IMG/VR virus record: IMGVR_UViG_3300033073_000738
Location: 32,001-96,000 of that record
DNA length: 64,000 bases
Direction: 5' to 3' (one strand)
Source of the DNA: a virus
Taxonomy: Duplodnaviria; Caudoviricetes
A program made the translations under genes and the position numbers. Shown here in pieces: positions 56,211 through 64,000 of this stretch (positions are counted from its first letter, which is position 1; each line of letters begins with the position of its first letter). The notes beneath the pieces are model-generated. The model had not been told where the DNA came from. It ran no database searches and worked only from the letters and a program-made list of their open reading frames with translations.

Positions 56211-59200
56211 TAAATAATCATTTGATAATTAACAAAAGATCCTACTCTTGGTGTTACAGTACTAGTTGTTCCACCAGATGCAAATTGTGGTTGAATAGTA
56301 CCAGCAGTTGTAACACTCATTGCAAATCCTTCAATTATAACCATATTAGAAATAGTTGAAGAACCAGTGTTTGCTCCTGTTACTCCTAACGCAGCAAGTT
56401 GTTGTACAGCATAAACTGCTGCTCTTGTATATGTTGCAGTGTCATTTGTTGCTTGTCCATTCCATTTTACAGTATAATAAAAAGTTGCAGCAGGTGTTGA
56501 TCCTGTTACACCTACTAATCCCCATCTAGAACCAACACCATTTGCTGTAGTTGAATATGGTATTACAAATTTAAAATAGTAGCTTTTACCAACTACTAAT
56601 GGTAATTGTAAAAATGTAAACGGAACTAATGTAGTGTTAGAACTAGCTGGCATTGTACCTGTAGTTACTACTTTAGTTTGAACAGCATTTCCTTGAGATA
56701 TACCTCCTAGTAAATACCATTGATTTGCTGCTACTTTTAACACAGTTGCTGCACTCCATTGTGCATTAATAGTTCTAGAACCAGTTGATGAATTTAGTGT
56801 AACAGTTCCATCGAATGGAGCAAAACTAGTTGGTCCTGTTCCATATTGTGTAACCATTATTTGAGTACCAATTGGAAAAGGAACTTGTGCATTTGTTGGA
56901 ATAGTAACTGTATTTGCTATTGTATTATCCATTTCAACAACTCTACTAACATCATCTAAAGCAAGAGTATATGCTGCAACACCTGTTTGTCTATTAAATA
57001 ATACTGGACCTGCATTAGGTTCAAAACTCCATACATTTGTTGTAATTTGAATAAGTCTAGCTATACCATAGTTTCCAGATATATAATAACCATTAGTAGT
57101 TGTTGATGTTGATGAACCTGCATATGCTGACGTTAATGTTACACCTGTTGTTGCAGGTCTAATAAAACATCTACCACTACCTGCACTTGAATTCATTCTT
57201 ACATAAAAATAACTACCAACAGAACCAAGACCAGTAGGTATTGTTAAAACACCATCACCATCTAATTGTAAATCAAGTATACCACCTAAATCACCAGTTG
57301 CAACAGCTCTAGATGCGGTTGCACTAGTAAATGTAAAGGTAGTGCTACCACCTGCAGGAGTAGACCATGTACCATCTCCTCGTAAAAAAGTTGTAGAAGA
57401 AGGTGTACCAGTGGCTGATATTTTAGCCATAGTTACTGCACCATTATCTATAGTCCAAACAGTTCCTGTACTTGATACTGTAATATCTCCTTTATCTCCA
57501 TCAGTTATACCTGCACCACCTGTTGCATTCAGTGTACCTGCAGTAATAGATAAGTTAGTTCCAAGGTTAACCAATGTACCATCAGCTGCAAGAAGTTGAC
57601 TTGATGTTCCCGAAATATAAGAGATGGTACCTGTTACTGATTTTACAATTCCTGATCCGCCTGTTAAAGCAGCTTGTTTACTATTAAAATTATCATAGTC
57701 TGATTTACTAATCAATCCAGCAGTAACACTAGTAGCAGATGCTAAAGGTATATTGAGTGTATGAGTACTAGTAACAGAACTCCAGTTAGGTGCTGTACCA
57801 GTTGTACCAGGTGTAGCAAATGTTTGTGTGGCAGCTGTTAATCCATTAAGTGATGTGATTGCTGCAGTAAGATAGACATTGGTATCTAGTGTAAATGTAT
57901 TAGCAGCCGTCATCTTTACAAATGGTGCTCCTGATCCTGGATAAGACAACCCTGCTAAACTAGTTAAATTACTAGCTAAAGGTTGTGCACCTATTGAATT
58001 ATAAGATATAGTGACTGCTGTAGATCCATTGTACGTACTACCACTCGCAGCACCCGTTCCACTATTGTTAATAGTAAGTGCAGCTAAGTTATTACCTAAA
58101 GAAATACCAGAAATAGTACTAGCAGCAAGATCTGTAATGGGTATACTAGAAATGTAGGATACTGTCGTACCACTCATCTTTACATAACCGGTACCACTTA
58201 ATGCGGACTGGTATGCTCCACTTCCGGCAAACTTTACAAAGGTGATAGCTGTTGTACCTACAGTTACCGCATCATTGGTACACACCCACGCACTGTCCTG
58301 GTTCGCTGTACCTTGTTCTACAAAACAATAAGAACCCGGAAATTCTACAGCAGCATCCATATCAGTAGCCCTGGACCATGCACTAGCTGCTACTATATAT
58401 ATCCCATTTTGGGAACCCGTGGTCTGGTCTTTAACCAAGACCCGATCCCCTGCTACTACAGCTATCCCGTCAATGGTTTGTGTACCAGAAAGGGTGATGT
58501 TGGCAGTGGTAGCTACTTTTACAGAAGCTTTGGGATCCAGCCCTTGTAAGAAACTATCCACCTCTGTTTTAGTATAGGCATCGGTGATACCGTATCCAGA
58601 AATAGTAGTAGGTAATCCTGATGTAATAGCTGACCAGGCATGTGTGTGAGAAGCAGCGGCTGCTCCCACTGTAGAATAATCTATGGTTCTAGCTGCAGAT
58701 CCATTGTAAGTTGTACCAGCAACCGCACCACCTGTTGTATTGAATGTTATAGCATTGGTTACTGAACCTGCACTACCGGTTATACTTCCTGTAGAAGTAA
58801 TATAACCACTGGGATTGGTAGAATTATATGGAGTGTAACCTAGTGCTGTTGTAATATCTGTTGAACCTACTGCTGTGTTACCGGTGACTCTTCCCTTGGT
58901 GTCTAACGTGATCTTAACAAAAGAGCTGCCGGCACCTTGTGTAATTGTAGCAAGTGTGGTAGTGATAGCCGTTGTACCTGACCCAGTTACATCTCCAGAT
59001 AAAGTGATGTTTTCATTACCCGATATATACGTAGGGGTAAAGAATTCATAGGCTGTATTTCCAGCATTCCTACGTAAAAGCTGACTAGCAGTACCCGTAA
59101 TGGCTGTTACAGCAGAGGTGCCGTTACCTACTAAAATACCTGTCAGTGTCGTAGCTCCTGTACCCCCTTGAGCTACAGTGACCGCAGCGTTGGTAGTAAG

Positions 59201-60514
59201 TATGGTAGCACTGGCATCAGGAAGTGTAAACGTTTTTTCTGCAGTAGTAGGTCCGGTAAACTTGGTAAATCCGTTACCGGTGCCTCCGTAAGTAGAAGCA
59301 ATAATCTGCGTTAAATCAGCTGACCCGTTAAAACTGTTTCCATAGATAGATCGTGCTGTTGTAAGTGTAGCTGCACTACCTGTGGTATTTGAACCAATAG
59401 TGGCAGGAAGATCAGCTCCAAGAATAGTACGAAAACTCGGTATTCCAGATGTCCCACTTGGTGCAGCCAAGAATGTGTTCTGCGTCTGGGTACTGAAATT
59501 AGAAGGCAATACAGAAAGCGTACCTCCCAAGGTTATTGTCACTGCACCAGAAGAAGTGTTTGAAGAAAGCACTATACCACTTACCGATCCTGATGCACTC
59601 ACACTTGTAATAGTACCATTAGACAACGCTATAGTAGTGCTGCCGTTGAAAAAATACAAAGCACCACCTGTATACCACAAGTCACCAGAAGTGGGTGATG
59701 TAACTGCAACTCCAGAATTAAATCTTATAGATGATTTGATACTTGTAGAAGCTGCTATTTCTAAATAAGTACCCGCACTTGGTGCAGCAGCTAGTCCTAT
59801 ACCTATAGAAGCATTGGTAGAATCATATCTTAATGCAGACCCAAATGTAACGTTTGCACTGAATGTCTTAACACCGGTGATAGTTTCTGTGCCAGCTAAG
59901 TGCACTACACTAGCGTCGGTTGCTCCACCAAGACCTGCTAACGTATAGTTAGGAATGTTTAGAGCTCCTGTACCTGAGTTATACGTAGCTGCACCCGATG
60001 ATCCTGTAGTGGTTAAAGATAGTGTAACACCGCTACCACCAGAAGGAATAGTTTGACTAGATAATACACCAGTATTAGTCACTACAACCATTCTAGTACC
60101 ACTTCCAGATAAATTACTTAATGTAATAATACCAGATAATGTTTTATCACCTGCAAACGTTTGAGTTCCTGTACTAACTAAACCTCTAGCTGTAGCTGAT
60201 GCATCAGGTAAATTAAAAGTATGTACACTACCAGAAGAAGTAATTGTAAAATTAGTTCCTGTAGTAGATGTAGCAAATGTTTGTGTACTAACACTTAAAC
60301 CATTTAATGATAATAATCCACCACCTATACCAGATACATCTAGATTTATAGTGACATCACCAGTACCGCTATCTACACCAGTGGATGTTATAGACACACC
60401 TGTACCAGCAATAATTTTTCTAATTACAGCTTGTGTAGGCGTTGTTGTATTTAGATCATATCTAATTATTGAACCACCTAATATATCTGTTGCACCGTCT
60501 ATGTATTCTGCCAT
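56210..60514 (-). CDS. Long mosaic tail fibre protein
   Basis: Gly/Thr/Ser-rich; VKVATTANITLSGTQTIDG...GDRVLVKDQ...QNGIY module, PTTISGYGITDA, HTH knot, DGDKGDITV, FLRGDG.W. ATG at 60514 overlaps the upstream TAA (TAATG). Confidence 0.8.
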   Translation of the reverse strand: MAEYIDGATDILGGSIIRYDLNTTTPTQAVIRKIIAGTGVSITSTGVDSGTGDVTINLDVSGIGGGLLSLNGLSVSTQTFATSTTGTNFTITSSGSVHTFNLPDASATARGLVSTGTQTFAGDKTLSGIITLSNLSGSGTRMVVVTNTGVLSSQTIPSGGSGVTLSLTTTGSSGAATYNSGTGALNIPNYTLAGLGGATDASVVHLAGTETITGVKTFSANVTFGSALRYDSTNASIGIGLAAAPSAGTYLEIAASTSIKSSIRFNSGVAVTSPTSGDLWYTGGALYFFNGSTTIALSNGTITSVSASGSVSGIVLSSNTSSGAVTITLGGTLSVLPSNFSTQTQNTFLAAPSGTSGIPSFRTILGADLPATIGSNTTGSAATLTTARSIYGNSFNGSADLTQIIASTYGGTGNGFTKFTGPTTAEKTFTLPDASATILTTNAAVTVAQGGTGATTLTGILVGNGTSAVTAITGTASQLLRRNAGNTAYEFFTPTYISGNENITLSGDVTGSGTTAITTTLATITQGAGSSFVKITLDTKGRVTGNTAVGSTDITTALGYTPYNSTNPSGYITSTGSITGSAGSVTNAITFNTTGGAVAGTTYNGSAARTIDYSTVGAAAASHTHAWSAITSGLPTTISGYGITDAYTKTEVDSFLQGLDPKASVKVATTANITLSGTQTIDGIAVVAGDRVLVKDQTTGSQNGIYIVAASAWSRATDMDAAVEFPGSYCFVEQGTANQDSAWVCTNDAVTVGTTAITFVKFAGSGAYQSALSGTGYVKMSGTTVSYISSIPITDLAASTISGISLGNNLAALTINNSGTGAASGSTYNGSTAVTISYNSIGAQPLASNLTSLAGLSYPGSGAPFVKMTAANTFTLDTNVYLTAAITSLNGLTAATQTFATPGTTGTAPNWSSVTSTHTLNIPLASATSVTAGLISKSDYDNFNSKQAALTGGSGIVKSVTGTISYISGTSSQLLAADGTLVNLGTNLSITAGTLNATGGAGITDGDKGDITVSSTGTVWTIDNGAVTMAKISATGTPSSTTFLRGDGTWSTPAGGSTTFTFTSATASRAVATGDLGGILDLQLDGDGVLTIPTGLGSVGSYFYVRMNSSAGSGRCFIRPATTGVTLTSAYAGSSTSTTTNGYYISGNYGIARLIQITTNVWSFEPNAGPVLFNRQTGVAAYTLALDDVSRVVEMDNTIANTVTIPTNAQVPFPIGTQIMVTQYGTGPTSFAPFDGTVTLNSSTGSRTINAQWSAATVLKVAANQWYLLGGISQGNAVQTKVVTTGTMPASSNTTLVPFTFLQLPLVVGKSYYFKFVIPYSTTANGVGSRWGLVGVTGSTPAATFYYTVKWNGQATNDTATYTRAAVYAVQQLAALGVTGANTGSSTISNMVIIEGFAMSVTTAGTIQPQFASGGTTSTVTPRVGSFVNYQMII

Positions 60515-60921
60515 TACACTATGTTTTTCCACCACATCCAGCCCAGTAGCCTTACGATGCAGTATCTTAAATAGTTATCAAACTTGTTTGAGTTGGTTAT
60601 ATTGAGCCAGTAGAGCATCTCATCATCAGCTTGCTTTCTGGTCAAACTGTGTTTTTCCCGGTGTATGTACAGATAGTCATGTATGAGAAAAGCTATGAGT
60701 CCGTCATTAAAGGGTCTTACGATGCTCCACAACCACTTGGGCACCGTAGCCATGTCGTATACAAATCCTCTAGGTATAGAGATAATGTCACCGGTACTAA
60801 GTTGTACGGTGAGCGGTTGTATAATCATCCAATACTTGCTGCTTACATTGGAGTAGACATAAGACTGGATGATCAACAGATCCGTCATAAGTTTCCGTAT
60901 GACATTGTTTTTAGTGATCAT
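60514..60921 (-). CDS. DUF1353 family protein
   Basis: IPRGFVYDMATVPKWLW...AFLIHDYLY...RKQADDEM...VRLLG motif. Confidence 0.85.
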   Translation of the reverse strand: MITKNNVIRKLMTDLLIIQSYVYSNVSSKYWMIIQPLTVQLSTGDIISIPRGFVYDMATVPKWLWSIVRPFNDGLIAFLIHDYLYIHREKHSLTRKQADDEMLYWLNITNSNKFDNYLRYCIVRLLGWMWWKNIV

Positions 60922-60936
60922 TAGTTATCTAACTTA

Positions 60937-63900
60937 TTACCAATGAGCGTTCCACACTGTACCATCCCATGTTTCAATTTTATTCGTTGTTGTGTTATAA
61001 ATAGACAAACCAACAGCTGGTGATGATATTGCATTTCTACTAGTTGTTGTCATTCTGGGTGGTAAGAATCCTTGTGTAGTAGAATCTATTTGTAAAGCTG
61101 CACTAGCACTAGGACTAGCTACATTGGAAAGAGTTCCTGATCCACCTTTGATCCACCATCTAGATGTTAAAGTTTGGGTAGTTGTACCAGTAGTTGTTGC
61201 AGTAGATGTAGCAAAAATAACGTCTCCAGGTGTTCCTGTACCTGTACCTCTACCTGCGTTAATAGTGAAGCTTGCTCCAACCAAATCTGTACCTGTACCA
61301 CTTGGTGCATAAAAGTTCAAATTTGCTGATGCAGGTGTTGTAACAAAAGCACCAGCACCAAAATAAAAATAGTTCATGTATGAAGCACTATTAAAACCAC
61401 CACCAATAAAAGCGTGTGGGCTTGCAGTAGCAGAACCTAATGTTTTTGCTGCATCATTACCTTCATATCCTGTAGGCATCAAATGCAATGAATAAGACAA
61501 ATTACTTGTCAAATTTATAGCATCCGTACCTCCTATAATTATATTATTTACTCCTGTTGTAATACCTCTTCCTGTATTTCTACCAATTAAAATAGAACCT
61601 AATCCACCTGTAGTAATACTACTTCCTGCAGATACTCCAATACACACCATAGAATTATTGGCAGTACCGCTTACACTAGAACCCGCATATGGACCTATAA
61701 ATATACTTTGAGGAGCTGTAGAGGTACCTCCAGCTGAAGTAGTTTCACCGTTTACACCTCCATCTATAACTATTTTTCCATTAGCTGCGTTATTAAATAA
61801 TATAGTACCAGGTCTTAAAATAGTAGTGCTTATTGCTCCATTAACCTCTAACTTATTAACATTAGGTACTGAACCAGAAGCATATCCTATAGCAACATTA
61901 CCTGTATTGTATTTTATAATAAGTCTTTCAGAAAGAGTCTGGAGATTGGTTCCTGAAGAAGTTATACTAGAGGTTTGAAATATAAGGTCGCCTCCATTAG
62001 CTGTACCAGTACCTCTACCTGCTGCTATAGTAAAATTACCACCAAAAATATCAGTACCTATACCACTTGGTGCAAAAAAAGTTATCGCAGAAGTTGAAAC
62101 AGGATAACCATGATTAATGAATGGAGCAGCACCAAAATAAAATTGATTATTAGCATTACCACTTGAATATCCACCTATAAACGTCCAATGATTTGTACTA
62201 GGATAATTATAGTTTGTTCCTTGAGTACTATTTTCACCTGAGGAGTTAATTACTAATATCCCACTTTGAGCACCAGTAAAAAGATATCCAACATTACCAA
62301 TCATTACGTTTGCACTTCCTGTTGATATTCCATTACCACCTAATCCAAAATAGTGATTATTTGTACCGCTTGTAAGAGCTCCACTTGCACTTCTTCCAAC
62401 TATTGTGTTACTAGTACCAGTTATTGAATAAGAGTTAATTGGATTAATTATAACATTCCTAACAGCATCACTACCAACCATAGAAGATCCACCAATATAA
62501 ATACTTCCATCAGTACTACCATTCTTTATTATAATAGGAGTAAATGAAAATGTAGAATCAGCTATAGTAAGAGGTTTATTAAATTTAACTGCACCGTTTA
62601 CCTCAAGTTTGTTAGTTGCAGAAGGTACTGTACCTATTCCAACACTACCACCTTCTATATATACATCACCACTACCTGCATGAAAAGCATAATGATTTAC
62701 TACACCAGTTAGACTATTAACAGTAGGTTTGTAATATATACCTCTAAGAATATGACCTGTTCCATCAGTATAAGCATATGTAGGTGTAATATTCAGTATA
62801 TTGGTTACTATGTTATTTTGAGTTGATAGAATTACACCTATTTTATCATAAGTTGTAGTTAGAGTAAATAAATTACCAATCTGATATGTTCCACTAGAAC
62901 TTACCGTACCCCCATACTTTGCCCCAAAATAATATACAGATTGCACTGATGAGAAAGAACCAAATCTCAAATCACCCATGAAACCTAATGACTTATATTG
63001 CATTGCACTATTAGTAGTATTGTGCTGTGTTGCATAAGTCACTCCATCATTAGTAACACCTATTTGCCCTTGATCAAAGAAATTAATAGTACCTGTATTT
63101 ACCTGTCTACCAAATATATGACCATCAGCTCTTATACCAGCATAGGATGAGACATTGGTTGCAAGAACTTGTTGACTATATGTACCTGTTGTCCAAGCTC
63201 CACCACCACTTCCTAAATCAACAATAGATGTGTTGTTAGAAGACATGGCAAAAGCATCTGTATACGGATTGTTGGCATTTGCAACAGGGTCTTGACCTGG
63301 AGCTAAATATCTTCTAAAAATTCGCCAACCAAATATTCCATTACCTGCATTTCCATTACCTATAGTGATAGTAACCTTACCTGTAGTTACACCAGTACCA
63401 AACGTTACTGCTTGTTCATTAGATTGTGTGGCAATTTGACCAGCCCAATCATAAAACACGACACGATAGTAATAAATACCTTCAACTAATACTCCTGTAC
63501 CTCCTGTAGTTGAAGTTGAAGAAACAAGAGTTAGAGTTGGTGTAGGATTGGTAATATTTCCAACTGCTAAATATGTAGTATCTGTTACGTGAACAGTATT
63601 TATAAGAGTATTATAACTTCCGTTAGCTGTGTATAGCTTTAACTTTTTAGATAGTCCATTGCCAAGACTAAATGTTTGATAACCACCACTGGTAATGAAC
63701 AACTCATACGACCCTTGCTGAATGTAACTCCAGTAGTTACCATCAAAAGCTCCAACAGATGCACTAGAAGGACGTAGCACTATTTGCGTATTTCCAGAAC
63801 CAGCATCTAATACTTGAAATACACCCGATTGATTAGCGTAGGTTCCAGAAAATGGATAAGTTGTATCACCGACAGAAAAACCGACAGCACCAACATACTT

Positions 63901-64000
63901 TGATCCTGTAACACGTGCAGACCCACTTACATCAAACTTATATGATCCACTTGGAACAGCAGAATACCCTATATACGTACTACCTGAAGTAGTATTGAAT
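60937..64000 (-). CDS. Tail fibre/spike-like protein, 5' end outside the window
   Basis: Frame stays open from 63781 to the window end (checked by hand); Gly/Asn/Thr-rich; C-terminal SAALQIDSTTQGFLPPRMTT...GL.IYNTT...W motif typical of Bacteroidota proteins. Confidence 0.8.
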   Translation of the reverse strand, partial: FNTTSGSTYIGYSAVPSGSYKFDVSGSARVTGSKYVGAVGFSVGDTTYPFSGTYANQSGVFQVLDAGSGNTQIVLRPSSASVGAFDGNYWSYIQQGSYELFITSGGYQTFSLGNGLSKKLKLYTANGSYNTLINTVHVTDTTYLAVGNITNPTPTLTLVSSTSTTGGTGVLVEGIYYYRVVFYDWAGQIATQSNEQAVTFGTGVTTGKVTITIGNGNAGNGIFGWRIFRRYLAPGQDPVANANNPYTDAFAMSSNNTSIVDLGSGGGAWTTGTYSQQVLATNVSSYAGIRADGHIFGRQVNTGTINFFDQGQIGVTNDGVTYATQHNTTNSAMQYKSLGFMGDLRFGSFSSVQSVYYFGAKYGGTVSSSGTYQIGNLFTLTTTYDKIGVILSTQNNIVTNILNITPTYAYTDGTGHILRGIYYKPTVNSLTGVVNHYAFHAGSGDVYIEGGSVGIGTVPSATNKLEVNGAVKFNKPLTIADSTFSFTPIIIKNGSTDGSIYIGGSSMVGSDAVRNVIINPINSYSITGTSNTIVGRSASGALTSGTNNHYFGLGGNGISTGSANVMIGNVGYLFTGAQSGILVINSSGENSTQGTNYNYPSTNHWTFIGGYSSGNANNQFYFGAAPFINHGYPVSTSAITFFAPSGIGTDIFGGNFTIAAGRGTGTANGGDLIFQTSSITSSGTNLQTLSERLIIKYNTGNVAIGYASGSVPNVNKLEVNGAISTTILRPGTILFNNAANGKIVIDGGVNGETTSAGGTSTAPQSIFIGPYAGSSVSGTANNSMVCIGVSAGSSITTGGLGSILIGRNTGRGITTGVNNIIIGGTDAINLTSNLSYSLHLMPTGYEGNDAAKTLGSATASPHAFIGGGFNSASYMNYFYFGAGAFVTTPASANLNFYAPSGTGTDLVGASFTINAGRGTGTGTPGDVIFATSTATTTGTTTQTLTSRWWIKGGSGTLSNVASPSASAALQIDSTTQGFLPPRMTTTSRNAISSPAVGLSIYNTTTNKIETWDGTVWNAHW

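Noticed and set aside
5675-61312. Numerous 60-200 aa plus-strand ORFs in the track
   Set aside because: They lie antisense within long minus-strand genes and have Ser/Leu/Phe/Ile-rich shadow composition with no motifs.
5664-64000. Active stop-codon reassignment in the late genes
   Set aside because: Genes up to 9 kb are uninterrupted in code 11 and pack tightly, with TGA used as a true stop in overlaps.
54519-64000. Diversity-generating retroelement or invertible tail-fibre cassette
   Set aside because: No reverse transcriptase, recombinase or adenine-specific repeat pair seen; repeats are diverged protein-level duplications.

Overview
Roughly half of the genome of a crAss-like (Crassvirales-type) phage, probably infecting an environmental Bacteroidota host, read in genetic code 11. 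Bases 1-5608 (+) are the end of the replication/nucleotide-metabolism arm: family B DNA polymerase ending in QLSLF, dNMP kinase, dCTP deaminase, a HAD-like protein, a cyclic-phosphate receiver-like protein and small ORFs. This arm converges on a hairpin terminator at about 5633-5663. Bases 5664-64000 (-) are the virion arm. In transcription order it carries tail fibre/adhesin genes, DUF1353, a Cys-rich/Fn3 cluster, a metallophosphoesterase, an IHF/HU-like protein, two tail ring proteins, a small zincin, the tail stabilisation protein, three cargo proteins (two with peptidoglycan hydrolase domains), and three giant virion-ejected proteins of 3078, about 2966 and 2237 aa. The middle giant is the double-psi beta-barrel virion RNA polymerase (DFDID). 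Two observations stand out. (1) The RNAP carries a C-terminal string of domains: ASCH-like, DarG/TARG1-type macrodomain, an unassigned alpha/beta domain, ART-like and a complete RNase HI. (2) The three giants contain only five Cys in about 8,280 aa, and four of them sit at the termini that face each other, suggesting a head-to-tail disulfide-linked ejection chain. All domain calls come from motif recognition by eye; no searches were run.
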